DNA of 64,000 nt from Anthoceros angustus (Eukaryota > Plantae > Anthocerotophyta): NCBI GenBank assembly GCA_010909165.1, contig MU008154.1:186001-250000 (forward strand), written 5' to 3'. The number at the start of each line of letters is the position of its first letter. The stretch's first letter is position 1. The position numbers were made by a program, and so were the translations under genes. The notes below the pieces were generated by a model. That model searched no databases. It saw only the letters and a program-made list of their open reading frames with translations, and had not been told where the DNA came from. Below, in pieces: positions 1-12,506 of this stretch.

Positions 1-23
1 CATCCAAGGCAGAATACCAGTAC

Positions 24-547
24 CTGAATCCTTGATTGCACCACTGAGCGAGCACCTGCGCGGACGCCCTCGTGCCAAACACCATTGTATGAAGCTGCTC
101 TGCCACACGATTCGGCAGCTGCTGCCGCTCATCCTCGACCCTTCTCTTTCCCCTGACAGCCTTCTCCGGAGAGCTCTGCACAGCGCCTCCCATCACGGTA
201 TCCTGCAATTCTGCTGGAGATTTCACTACGGCGCGTTCTTCCAACGCTGCGGCGACCTGCACACCGACGTCTGCGTCCCCTTTCTCCGGCGATCCAGAGG
301 AAGAGGCGGACCGGGTCCCTAGCGCCATGATCCTTCGGCGCTCAGCAGCCGCGGCCCGGAGCTCCCGCTGAAGCTGTCGCTCTCTGATTTCATTCGACTC
401 TGCTGACTGCGGCATGGACGCCGGTACGCCGCTGGGAGGAGACTGAAAGCCAACAAAATCCCGAGGCCGGCTCCGCTTCGCATCCGGCGCAGGTTGCAGG
501 CTCATCCGGAACGCCCTCTGCAGCTCCTCATCATCGTGCTCCCCCAT
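24..547 (-). CDS. First exon of a UIM-containing MINDY-family (FAM188/MINDY-3-like) deubiquitinase; gene continues off the left edge
   Basis: Manual translation from ATG 547: MGEHDDEELQRAFRMSLQPAPDAKRSRP...RQLQRELRAAAAERRRIM...LHTMVFGTRASAQVLAQWCNQGF, then a GT donor at 23-22. The UIM-like N-terminus and VLAQWxNQG match plant MINDY/UIM proteins as I recall them. Absent from the ORF track because no stop is reached in the window. Confidence 0.75.
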
Positions 548-1046
548 TTCAACTGGCTTCCTTCCTCCTGCAACGGGCAGCTTGCAATCCTTGCTGAACA
601 ATGCCGTCTCACATAGCAATGGCGTCAGACGCTGCCAACCTGCATCCAGGTTCCAGCCGAACACAATTCAGGTCGCCCGCTTGCAAACAAGCTCGGTCCG
701 CTCACCTGCCGGCTATCAGAGAATGCCAAATTTCATCACACAAGTTTAGAAACTTACCATCCCGGCACCGTGCCGAAATTCAGAGCAGCACGCTCCAATA
801 CACAAATCCAGCATTCACATGCTATGTGCCAATCTCTCGCAACCGCAGGCGCGTGCCACCAGCCAATTCGCGTGCTCACGATCTGGCCGGCCCGGTGCAG
901 GGTTTGTCAGAACGATGCGACGGGAAAGAGACTCCGTAGACCAGGACGCCCTAAATCATCCACAGACAAACACCGGGAAAAAACAGCGTCACGAGACCGT
1001 GCTACTTGGAGGAGCTCGGCAACGGAATGTGATTGAAGGCGGCAAG
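548..1046. promoter_or_regulatory. Short (~500 bp) divergent intergenic region, probable bidirectional promoter
   Basis: The ATGs of the MINDY-like gene (547, -) and the DUF4598 gene (1047, +) face away from each other. Inferred from geometry only. Confidence 0.45.
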
Positions 1047-1852
1047 ATGGCCGGCTCCAAGGACCTTCTGCATCTGGAGCAACCAGCTACTGCTCTAGGT
1101 CTGTCCCTGTTTCCTTGCCTTGCTGATATGCTCTTATTGCTGCCTGGGCTATGCTGGAGTGCTGGCTTACTTGTGGTCTGTGACGTCCCTGGCAGAGTCT
1201 CGGTTGCGGGTGTGCAGCCCCAAGAACCGTTCCAGTTCTGTGGCCGTGGGTCCCTCTTCAGTTTTGAGTAGGGTGAGGGAATTTCTTCCCGTGCTGGCAG
1301 CAGCAAACACGAAGCTAGAATCGGACATTAGGGTGAGCGAGGTGGCTTTTGCTTGCTTTTCGGGTCCCTCTGTTTGTTATATTACTCCATGGGCTCGTGT
1401 GTTGAAGCCCTTGTGCAGGAGAGTGGTGCAGATAAGTTTGATATAGAGGTGCTGACTCAAGGAGAAAGTATGCCGCATGTGGAGATGGTGAGTTCGGTAT
1501 TTCTCGGCTTTGCAGTTGTTGGGTAGGAGTGGATAATAGGAGATGTCGTTTCTCTCGGGGTATGCCATTGGGTACCAAGCTGATGATTCTTCTTTTGGTG
1601 TGGCAGGACTTGGCATTGGGAGTAGCTGATCTTCAGACTCCTGAGGCAGTTGCTGCAGCTGAACTTGCTGTGAATGGTTGCGGGTCTGCAAGTTTATCCG
1701 CAGCTGTGGCAAGCTGCGGTGGCTTTGAAGAGGAAGACCTCGATTGCGGTGGGTCTGAAGAGGAAGATAGTAGCAGCGACGACGAGGATGACGACGAGAA
1801 TGTCGAAGAATCTGTTTCTAAACGCAAATCAAGTTTAATACGCGAGCTTTGA
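1047..1852 (+). CDS. DUF4598 / NOPCHAP1-like (NOP58 chaperone) protein, 4 exons, ~167 aa
   Basis: Exons 1047-1098, 1196-1332, 1419-1487 and 1607-1852 are all GT-AG and join in frame. Contains SSVLSRVREFLPVLAAANTKL, KFDIEVL and VEM-DLALGVADL, plus an acidic tail, typical of DUF4598. Confidence 0.75.
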
Positions 1853-1921
1853 AGTCCTCCTAGTTGGTTTAGGACGCTCAATATTAGTTGGCTATCTGTA
1901 TACATAGGTGTTTTAGGACTC

Positions 1922-2840
1922 TCAATTTTGAATAGGTGGTTTAGGACGTATGAATTGAGCAATGCCCTCTCGTACGACTGAAGGCATTCTGTACACGGAC
2001 ATGTCTCTTTACTCCAACCTCTTGTGTGGACGAAAAGGGACAAATCCACACCTGATTTTTGCCCCAACTTGCGTGTTAGGTGCCGGAGGCAGAATGTATC
2101 CGCGAACTAGCCAAAGACAAGTTAGAAGCTTGGCCACACACCTTTTACAAATCGGGATTCCAATGCATGTTGACGGATCTGCTTGTCCATAACATTTGCA
2201 AAACCTGAAGCCCACGAGGCATCACTTCCTCCTCCCAAAAAGTCCTTATGGCAGGTGAGATCAATCGTGTGAAGCTCCTTTGTCGTTCCTTGTTAATAAA
2301 ACCCGAGCGGCTGTAGCTTGTCAGTAGGCAGGTCACGTAGCAAGAATGTCTCCATCTAAAGCTATATTACTTTAGCAGTATTGGTTCGGATCCGCTGCAG
2401 TCACACCCAGCTCAAACTCGAATACTACGCCTGCCAAGCCAAGTCCAGAACTGGCACTGTATTACTTCAGCCTTGGAAGCACCGTGTTTGAGCCTTGCTT
2501 TGACTCTAAGGATGCTTCTGATGTCCCACCAGAGAACTCACCATTCGGGCTGCTGCATGCCCTGACTCGGTTCAGATGGTGAAGTCATAATCTCATCGCC
2601 AACACCTTCACTGAAATGCTGTACAGCAAAGGGTGGGGGAGCTTATAGCCTCCACACTGCTAAAACGCAGGCGCTTACATGCGAATACCGTTGCCGCTGG
2701 TGGGATTCTCGCTCTCAATCGTAATTGTCCCTCCGGTCCTAATTCTCTCCCATAAGTCACCCAGCCTACTGAAGCTCCGATCAATACACTGCACATCCAA
2801 CCATGGACGCAACACAACCAGCTGCTCCGATGCTCGTCAT
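1922..2840 (-). CDS. Putative uncharacterised multi-exon gene
   Basis: Exon-like segments with plausible splice sites give MTSIGAAGCVASMVG...PSQGMQQPE|gtgagt, KELHTIDLTCHKDFLGGGSDASWASGFANVMDKQIRQHALESRFVK|gt, VRGYILPPAPNTQVGAKIR|gt and MPSVVREGIAQFIRPKPPIQN*. No family recognised and the middle exons are uncertain. Confidence 0.35.
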
Positions 2841-3028
2841 CAACCACCTGGACACCGTCGTCCGATTATCCCTTGCAGACCTTTCCCCGCTTCAACAACT
2901 TGGGAAGAGGAGACCCGTTATTAGGGCTAATGCAAGAAGATCGTCTCCAGCTGGTTGTAAGTAGGAAGGGAAATTGCCGTCAACTGGTGAGTCTGAGAGC
3001 GGAGCGTGGTGATCTCAATGCTCTTGGG

Positions 3029-4246
3029 ATGAAACGACAAGGAAGCAGTGGCGAAAACGACAGTGGAGGGGACTCTGCTCCTCGTCCGAAAAAGTTGGCT
3101 CCCATCTTTGGTACTGGTCTCTCGTACTGTCAATGGCCTGTACAGCTTGAAAACAAGTAGTTTGCATCACGCTTCTCAGCTTGAATGTGGATTGCTGGAG
3201 CCTGTGGTGACCAATTTTGCTAGTTTGTCCATGTTTTGAGGAGCTACAGGTTTCAGTTTGTGTCTGCGCACTTGAAAGTGATGTGTATGCTTCAGACGAG
3301 ATCACATAAGTTCTCGGGTATTTACTGACAGTCGATGTCATGAATGCAGTGAAAGGTTCTGCTCGAGAGGTTAGCAAGAGTAAAGATGCAAGCGGAACTC
3401 AACCACGAGCTGGCAGGAACATGTCAGACAAGGGGATGCCATGGTCGCACGCCTTGCGAGAGATAGCTCTACGACCAGAAAAGCATGAACAGGAAGTACT
3501 CGAGCTGACAGATGATGCAGTGCTTATTCGAGATGTTTATCCAAAGGTATGCTTGTATACAATTTTTTTCTTGTCCTACGTTTGGAACCAATGACCTTGC
3601 TCAGGTTGAACCTCATAGCGAGGTGCTTGTGTTGTTGCAGGCTAGAAAGCACTATCTTGTCATAGCAAGGAAGGATGGTCTGGATGCTATATCTGATGTA
3701 CGGAAAGAGGACTTGCCAATTCTGCAGAATATGCATAAGCTGGGGAAAACGTGGGCAGAGTCTTGCTTGAAGGAGGATCCATCTTTGATATTCCGTCTTG
3801 GATATCACTCGGTACTCACAGATGGTGGAGCATTTTGCTTGTGATTTGAAAGTGGTTTTCGGATGGTTTTGATCATTTTTTTTATTCTGTCTCAAATGTT
3901 CATACAGGTGCCTTCCATGCGCCAGCTTCATTTGCATGTGATAAGCCAAGATTTTGACTCCCCCGGTTTGAAGAATAAGAAGCACTGGAACTCCTTCACA
4001 ACAAGTTTCTTTCGTGACTCTGAGGATGTGCTTGCTGAGGTAGAGCAAAATGGCAGGGTGCAGCCGTGCAGTACAGAGGTTGAAGATGCAGTTAACAAGG
4101 CCGAGTTGCGGTGCCACCGGTGCGAAAACGTCCAGCGGAACATGCCTCAGCTGAAGAGTCACATAAAGAGCTGTAACAAGCCATTCCCAAGCACTTTTGT
4201 ACAAGACTCTCTCATCACAGCAGGTTCCAAGGATACTCCGTCGTGA
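3029..4246 (+). CDS. APTX: Aprataxin (HIT domain + C-terminal zinc finger)
   Basis: Exons ~3331-3546, 3641-3811 and 3908-4246 give [81 protein letters not shown]. A first exon at 3029 (MKRQGSS..KKLAPIF) is less certain. Confidence 0.92.
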
Positions 4247-5179
4247 GATTGTTTCAGTTTAAAGACGGAGATTTGTGGGAGCTTCTTCCAACATGTTCGG
4301 CTTAAACCGGCATCTGCAAGCTATATATGACATTTCAACACGTCTCGCTGTGTGCAACTTTTATCAAAGGCTTGTTGTGGGATACAACAAGGCTTTAAAG
4401 CCCTTTGTTCAACGTATCAGTTGATACTGGGGTTGAGATCTTGCAGGCCTGTCGTCATGGGTTATTCCGAGCCTTCTAAACTAGTGTCGCAAATGGCACC
4501 AGTCCACGATGATTCAGGATGGCATTGCAGCTGGGGCCCTTACGGGTGTATTATGGCGTGTGGCTTAACCTATTGTTTGGAAAAGAACATGCCGGTGGTC
4601 AAAGATACTTCGCTGTTGCAGCTAACGAAAAAGCAGGAAAAGATACACAGTGTGTGCCCCACAAATAAAAGGGCAGAGAACCTCATGGAGACCATGTTGT
4701 GGGGTATATGGACACTGCGTCAGGTGCTGGGCTTCACACGTCCCACGCGCCTGCTTTTTGTTATATCGCTCCGGGACCAGATAGCTGATTCCGATAAGAG
4801 TACTACCCTTGGGCCAAGAAACTGACGAAAACCACAACTTGTAACAAGTAGTAGAAAGAGCTGTAGCCTGATGAGGTCAGTTTTCTCCAATCCCTGATGG
4901 TCTTTCCTATCGTGCTACAAAACTGTAGTACCTAGGATACAATGTACAAGAGATACAGATGTGGACCGAGTTCAAGACACTGGCTGCAATGGTTCCCATC
5001 GCACGATCCGATCAATAATTCCCGCTTCTACAACTTCTGAGGTGAGCACCGCTAGTAGGTACGGGGTCCACGCATGAGAGGTTCACTATCATATACCCGC
5101 TCTGGATGATGCCAGCCTTATTGTAAAAAAATATGTCGCTGATTTATTCCACAGCATCTGTCGTGTGGTACTCATCAAA

Positions 5180-5692
5180 TCAGTCTGGCTGGATGAGCTT
5201 TGTAGTCTCTTGGGGCTCGCTCTGCACCAGCCCCTGCTCTTCGTCATTGCAACCCTTTCTGACAACATCTAGCTCCTCGCTTGTGCCTCTTCCTGCGAGC
5301 ACCTTTGCTCTCATGGCCTCCACTTCCCAGTCTGTGTGCAGGACGACATAGACTACGGAGGATGCGCACGCAAGCTGGGCTGCCAGCAGGCCGTACCACA
5401 GGCCACTGAAGCCTATCTTGAACCAGAAGGCCAAGGCCACAGCCACAGGAGTGCCCAGGAAGTAGAAGGAGCCCAGATTGATGCGGGCACCCACTGCAGG
5501 CCGGGCGCTGCCCCTTAAGACGCCACATCCAGTTGTCTGGGGGCAGTTTCCCAGCTCACACAAGCCCATGATTGGAAGCACTGCCGCGGTGAGTGCCAGC
5601 ACGCTCTCATCCTTGGTGAAGACATGAGCCCATTTGTGCCGCAGAAGCGTGGTCCAAGTCACGCTCAACATGGCAATCACCAGGGCACTCAC
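5180..5692 (-). CDS. MATE/DTX transporter, C-terminal part
   Basis: [64 protein letters not shown], ending at a stop at 5180. Truncated at 5692 by a junction into a copy of 2540-3228. Confidence 0.9.
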   Translation of the reverse strand: MSALVIAMLSVTWTTLLRHKWAHVFTKDESVLALTAAVLPIMGLCELGNCPQTTGCGVLRGSARPAVGARINLGSFYFLGTPVAVALAFWFKIGFSGLWYGLLAAQLACASSVVYVVLHTDWEVEAMRAKVLAGRGTSEELDVVRKGCNDEEQGLVQSEPQETTKLIQPD

Positions 5693-6373
5693 CATTCGGG
5701 CTGCTGCATGCCCTGACTCGGTTCAGATGGTGAAGTCATAATCTCATCATAAACACCTTCACTGAAATGCTGTACAGCAAAGGGTGGGGAGCTTATAGCC
5801 TCCACACTGCTAAAACGCAGGCGCTTACATGCGAATACCGTTGCCGCTGGTGGGATTCTCGCTCTCAATCGTAATTGTCCCTCCGGTCCTAATTCTCTCC
5901 CATAAGTCACCCAGCCTACTGAAGCTCCGATCAATACACTGCATCCAACCATGGACGCAACACAACCAGCTGCTCCGATGCTCGTCATCATCAACCACCT
6001 GGACACCGTCGTCCGATTATCCCTTGCAGACCTTTCCCCGCAACAACTTGGGAAGAGGAGACCCGTTATTAGGGCTAATGCAAGAAGATCGTCTCCAGCT
6101 GGTTGTAAGTAGGAAGGAAATTGCCGTCAACTGGTGAGTCTGAGAGCGGAGCGTGGTGATCTCAATGCTCTTGGGATGAAACGACAAGGAAGCAGTGGCG
6201 AAAACGACAGTGGAGGGACTCTGCTCCTCGTCCGAAAAGTTGGCTCCCATCTTTGGTACTGGTCTCTCGTACTGTCAATGGCCTGTACAGCTTGAAAACA
6301 AGTAGTTTGCATCACGCTTCTCAGCTTGAATGTGGATTGCTGGAGCCTGTGGTGACCAATTTTGCTAGTTTGT

Positions 6374-8698
6374 CCATGTTTTCTTGTAGACGCCGGAGAC
6401 CCACAGATATCCCAACGCGAAGAACACCATGTTGAAGTTGGTCCACACAGACGCAATTGCCACCCAGGCACCCCAGGCTTGAGGAAGAAGACCAGGAAAG
6501 CACTGAGCGGAACATGGATGAGAACAGCCAAGGCAGAACACCATGTAAGCGGTGTGGTGATCCCCTGGGACCGCAGATACTCTGAGCGGAAGCAGGATAC
6601 TGTTGGCCAGGAGATCTGGCAACGAATAGAGGCAGTAGGTGCTGGCCACTTCCGTGATGCTGGGGTCTTGTCCAAGCGAGGAAGATCCTTTTAATGTTCA
6701 CCCACAGGAAGGCGATAGGGAGGCAGGCCGAGAGCAACATAAAATGGTCCGCTGCAGAGTGACTCCAAGGAGGCGCCAGTTCTGAGAGCCGTAGGCCTGG
6801 GGACACAGGATCCATGCCTGAAGCCAGGCCGAAGAGCACCGAGTAGCCTGTTATATTGGTGAAGCCTACTGATAGAGCTCCCCTGCCAGCTGCAGAGCCT
6901 TCCCAAGCACAAGACTGATATCATGGTCCTCAGATACACCACGCAGTTCATGGCTGCAACCGGCACCCTGATGCCCGCCAGTTCCTTCAGCTCATCCAGA
7001 ATCTGCAACAACGACAACACCAAAACGGTACCACGGGATTCAATGCCTCGCCCTCCGAACCAGCCGGCAGGCAGGCAGGCAGGCAGGCAAATTCAACAAC
7101 AGTCGCAGGATTACGGTACATTGTCAATCCTTGGTTCCGGCCCCGACAATGTTAAGGATTCCGGCGGAAATCTGTGACAAATGAGCAGATTTTGCCTACT
7201 CCCCCCGGGTGTGAGGAGAGCAAAGCGCAGAAAGTGGCAGCAGAAACGCAAGGCAGGGAAATGCACCTGAATGGGCGTCGGAAGCGAGCGCAAAGCGTCA
7301 TACTCCTCCTCCTTCTTGTCGCGAGGCTTGCTGGCAGCTTGCAGATGTTGAGGGTTCCCCATTCATACGGAACCAGAGCGACGCCAATGACGAGTGTATG
7401 AATCTTCCAGAAGGAGGCTGAGGACTTGGAGGGTAAGCGCGAGGCACAGACTCCAGACAGGTTCATGAATGCAGTGAAAGGTTCTGCTCGAGAGGTTAGC
7501 AAGAGTAAAGATGCAAGCGGAACTCAACCACGAGCTGGCAGGAACATGTCAGACAAGGGGATGCCATGGTCGCACGCCTTGCGAGATAGCTCTACGACCA
7601 GAAAAGCATGAACAGGAAGTACTCGAGCTGACAGATGATGCAGTGCTTATTCGAGATGTTTATCAAAGGTATGCTTGTATACAATTTTTTCTTGTCCTAC
7701 GTTTGGAACCAATGACCTTGCTCAGGTTGAACCTCATAGCGAGGTGCTTGTGTTGTTGCAGGCTAGAAAGCACTGAGCGGAACATGGATGAGAACAGCCA
7801 AGGCAGAACACCATGTAAGCGGTGTGGTGATCCCCTGGGACCGCAGATATACTCTGAGCGGAAGCAGGATACTGTTGGCCAGGAGATCTGGCAACGAATA
7901 GAGGCAGTAGGTGCTGGCCACTTCCGTGATGCTGGGGTCTTGTCCAAGCGCGAGGAAGATCCTTTTAATGTTCACCCACAGGAAGGCGATAGGGAGGCAG
8001 GCCGAGAGCAACATAAAAATGGTCCGCTGCAGAGTGACTCCAAGGAGGCGCCAGTTCTGAGAGCCGTAGGCCTGGGAGCACACAGGATCCATGCCTGAAG
8101 CCAGGCCGAAGAGCACCGAGTAGCCTGTTATATTGGTGAAGCCTACTGATAGAGCTCCCCCTGCCAGCTGCAGAGCCCCCAGCCTTCCCAAGCACAAGAC
8201 TGATATCATGGTCCTCAGATACACCACGCAGTTCATGGCTGCAACCGGCACCCCGATGCCCGCCAGTTCCTTCAGCTCATCCAGAATCTGCAACAACGAC
8301 AACACCAAAACGGTACCACGGGATTCAATGCCTCGCCCTCCGAACCAGCCGGCAGGCAGGCAGGCAGGCAGGCAAATTCAACAACAGTCGCAGGATTACG
8401 GTACATTGTCAATCCTTGGTTCCGTTAAGGATTCCGGCGGAAATCTGTGACAAATGAGCAGATTTTGCCTACTCCCCAGGTGTGAGGAGAGCAAAGCGCA
8501 GAAAGTGGCAGCAGAAACGCAAGGCAGGAAATGCACCTGAATGGGCGTCGGAAGCGAGCGCAAAGCGTCATACTCCTCCTCCTTCTTGTCGCGAGGCTTG
8601 CTGGCAGCTTGCAGATGTTGAGGGTTCCCCATTCATACGGAACCAGAGCGACGCCAATGACGAGTGTATGAATCTTCCAGAAGGAGGCTGAGGACTTG
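6374..8698 (-). pseudogene. Two partial copies of the MATE 5' half plus upstream region (6374-7471 and 7766-8698)
   Basis: Near-identical to 12961-14070 and 13084-14021, with small indels causing frameshifts. Confidence 0.8.
7463..7774 (+). pseudogene. Partial duplicate of aprataxin (5' part)
   Basis: Near-identical to 3337-3653 with 1-nt deletions; both ends are 9-bp microhomology junctions into MATE sequence. Confidence 0.8.
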
Positions 8699-9228
8699 CC
8701 AATTCTGCAGAATATGCATAAGCTGGGAAAACGTGGGCAGAGTCTTGCTTGAAGGAGGATCCATCTTTGATATTCCGTCTTGGATATCACTCGGTACTCA
8801 CAGATGGTGGAGCATTTTGCTTGTGATTTGAAAGTGGTTTTCGGATGGTTTTGATCATTTTTTTTATTCTGTCTCAAATGTTCATACAGGTGCCTTCCAT
8901 GCGCCAGCTTCATTTGCATGTGATAAGCCAAGATTTTGACTCCCCCGGTTTGAAGAATAAGAAGCACTGGAACTCCTTCACAACAAGTTTCTTTCGTGAC
9001 TCTGAGGATGTGCTTGCTGAGGTAGAGCAAAATGGCAGGGTGCAGCCGTGCAGTACAGAGGTTGAAGATGCAGTTAACAAGGCCGAGTTGCGGTGCCACC
9101 GGTGCGAAAACGTCCAGCGGAACATGCCTCAGCTGAAGAGTCACATAAAGAGCTGTAACAAGCCATTCCCAAGCACTTTTGTACAAGACTCTCTCATCAC
9201 AGCAGGTTCCAAGGATACTCCGTCGTGA
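8690..9228 (+). pseudogene. Partial duplicate of aprataxin (3' part incl. HIT motif and zinc finger)
   Basis: Near-identical to 3708-4246. The duplication continues through the downstream region to ~10506. Confidence 0.8.
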
Positions 9229-10162
9229 GATTGTTTCAGTTTAAAGACGGAGATTTGTGGGAGCTTCTTCCAACATGTTCGGCTTAAACCGGCATCTGCA
9301 AGCTATATATGACATTTCAACACGTCTCGCTGTGTGCAACTTTTATCAAAGGCTTGTTGTGGGATACAACAAGGCTTTAAAGCCCTTTGTTCAACGTATC
9401 AGTTGATACTGGGGTTGAGATCTTGCAGGCCTGTCGTCATGGGTTATTCCGAGCCTTCTAAACTAGTGTCGCAAATGGCACCAGTCCACGATGATTCAGG
9501 ATGGCATTGCAGCTGGGGCCCTTTACGGGTGTATTATGGCGTGTGGCTTAACCTATTGTTTGGAAAAGAACATGCCGGTGGTCAAAGATACTTCGCTGTT
9601 GCAGCTAACGAAAAAGCAGGAAAAGATACACAGTGTGTGCCCCACAAATAAAAGGGCAGAGAACCTCATGGAGACCATGTTGTGGGGTATATGGACACTG
9701 CGTCAGGTGCTGGGGCTTCACACGTCCCACGCGCCTGCTTTTGTTATATCGCTCCGGGACCAGATAGCTGATTCCGATAAGAGTACTACCCTTGGGCCAA
9801 GAAACTGACGAAAACCACAACTTGTAACAAGTAGTAGAAAGAGCTGTAGCCTGATGAGGTCAGTTTTCTCCAATCCCTGATGGTCTTTCCTATCGTGCTA
9901 CAAAACTGTAGTACCTAGGATACAATGTACAAGAGATACAGATGTGGACCGAGTTCAAGACACTGGCTGCAATGGTTCCCATCGCACGATCCGATCAATA
10001 ATTCCCGCTTCTACAACTTCTGAGGTGAGCACCGCTAGTAGGTACGGGGTCCACGCATGAGAGGTTCACTATCATATACCCGCTCTGGATGATGCCAGCC
10101 TTATTGTAAAAAAATATGTCGCTGATTTATTCCACAGCATCTGTCGTGTGGTACTCATCAAA

Positions 10163-11975
10163 TCAGTCTGGCTGGATGAGCTTTGTAGTCTCTTGGGGCT
10201 CGCTCTGCACCAGCCCCTGCTCTTCGTCATTGCAACCCTTTCTGACAACATCTAGCTCCTCGCTTGTGCCTCTTCCTGCGAGCACCTTTGCTCTCATGGC
10301 CTCCACTTCCCAGTCTGTGTGCAGGACGACATAGACTACGGAGGATGCGCAAGCTGGGGCTGCCAGCAGGCCGTACCACAGGCCACTGAAGCCTATCTTG
10401 AACCAGAAGGCCAAGGCCACAGCCACAGGAGTGCCCAGGAAGTAGAAGGAGCCCAGATTGATGCGGGCACCCACTGCAGGCCAGGCGCTGCCCCTTAAGA
10501 CGCCACTCTGGAGAGAGACGAGGAGCGGAATGAAGGGGAGGTTTGCACTGCGGGGCCCGGGGAAGGAAGCGGGACTGGAAATAACCCACACGCGCACAAA
10601 GCGATGTCGCGCCTTCCTTCTCTCTCTAAGGGGGGCTCCGAGGAGAGAGGGGGGGGCAGCGGGATGGCGGAATGCGGGGGGCGTCGGGAGCCGGGAGTCG
10701 GGACAAAACGAGAAGGACTCCGGACTCCGGAGCCCTGCAAAGCGCACGGGCGGTCAGATTTGTGCTGTCCAGACACGTGTCCACCCCGGGGTATGTACAT
10801 ATGTACGTAGGTATGTATGTATGTATGTATCCATGTTCTGTACGTGTCTGTTCTGTGTACAGGATGTGGATCTCCCGGGAGGCGGGTGAGGGCCCCGGCC
10901 CGCCATTGTGGCGCGGTTGGGGGCCGCGCTATATTTGGAGGCAGCTGGGGAGGCGTCCCTGTCCCCGGTGTCGCAGTCGCCACCCTGGATCCAAGCCCGG
11001 CCACGGCAACGTAGGGCTGGGGCCTGGGGGGCACATCACACCGACACCCTCCCCTCGACAGGGGGAAGCACAGTTGTCTCGTGTAGCCTCTGCGCCACAG
11101 TTGTCCTGTCTTGGGATTTCCAAGGGAGATTCTTATGCCCCGCCGGGTTCCTTTTCGAGTTTTGTGGCCCTTTCATATTCGTATTTGCAGCTTCATGGGA
11201 GATGGGAGATGGGAGATGGGAGTGGGCGGCAATGGTCTGCCTGCGTAGGGTTTGGCGTGATATTTACATGTCAGGCTTGCCGGCAGCACACGCCAGGGGC
11301 GGCGAGGGCAGGGGATGCATGGATCATCCAATGGCAATGCAATGCAACGCCGTTGGGTGTTACCGCTGGCTGTCATCTTGGATTAGGTCTTGGAGCTTAG
11401 GTATGTACATACAGTGTGTCTATGGATGTTGCTCTGGACATGCATGGATGGTGCCAGAAGGCTGCAGAGCTACATATGGCAGGCGGGTACAATTTCCTCC
11501 TTTTGCTGCCGTTACGGCTCCAGAAGATATGATCCTCTGTCGCCTTCTGACGTCGGAGCAGGCCATGGCAGGCTCGGGATGAGGAGCATGCATCCCGATT
11601 TCACTTGGCTCTCATCCTTGGTGAAGACATGAGCCCATTTGTGCCGCAGAAGCGTGGTCCAAGTCACGCTCAACATGGCAATCACCAGGGCACATCCAAG
11701 AGCGACGAAGGCAGCTATCCTGGCCTTGGCTGGTCTGTTAGCTCCGAGCTCATTGCCCACCCTTGTGGACACAGAGGCGCTCAGGGTGAAGGACGACATA
11801 GACTACGGAGGATGCGCACGCAAGCTGGGCTGCCAGCAGGCCGTACCACAGGCCACTGAAGCCTATCTTGAACCAGAAGGCCAAGGCCACAGCCACAGGA
11901 GTGCCCAGGAAGTAGAAGGAGCCCAGATTGATGCAGGCACCACTGCAGGCCAGGCGCTGCCCCTTAAGACGCCAC
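10163..11975 (-). pseudogene. Further MATE fragments (10163-10506 C-terminus; 11608-11975 internally deleted piece) interleaved with non-coding copies
   Basis: Identical to stretches of 5180-5528 and 12580-12765, joined to non-coding segments at microhomologies. Confidence 0.75.
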
Positions 11976-12506
11976 TCTGGAGAGACGAGGAGCGGAATGA
12001 AGGGAGGTTTGCACTGCGGGCCCGGGAAGGAAGCAGGACTGGAAATAACCCACACACAGCGATGTCGCGCCTTCCTTCTCTCTCTAAGGGGCTCCGAGGA
12101 GAGGGGGCAGCAGGATGGCGGAATGCGGGGGCGTCAGGAGCCGGGAGTCAGGACAAAACGAGAAGGACTCCGGACTCCGGAGCCCTGCAAAGCGCACAGG
12201 CAGTCAGATTTGTGCTGTCCAGACACGTGTCCACCCCAGGGTATGTACATATGTACGTAGGTATGTATGTATGTATCCATGTTCTGTACGTGTCTGTTCT
12301 GTGTACAGGATGTGGATCTCCCAGGAGGCGGGTGAGGGCCCCGGCCCGCCATTGTGGCGCGGTTGGGGCCGCGCTATATTTGGAGGCAGCTGGGAGGCGT
12401 CCTGTCCCCGGTGTCGCAGTCGCCACCCTGGATCCAAGCCCGGCCACGGCAACGTAGGGCTGGGGCCTGGGGGCACATCACACACCCTCCCTCGACAGGG
12501 GAAGCA

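Noticed and set aside
4329-4340. 12-nt match to the 3' half of miR536 (gctgtgtgcaac)
   Set aside because: Too short, no seed match and no hairpin seen.
4352-4825. 157-aa ORF downstream of APTX
   Set aside because: No recognisable motif, non-ATG start, and frameshifted in the second copy; probably UTR or intergenic.
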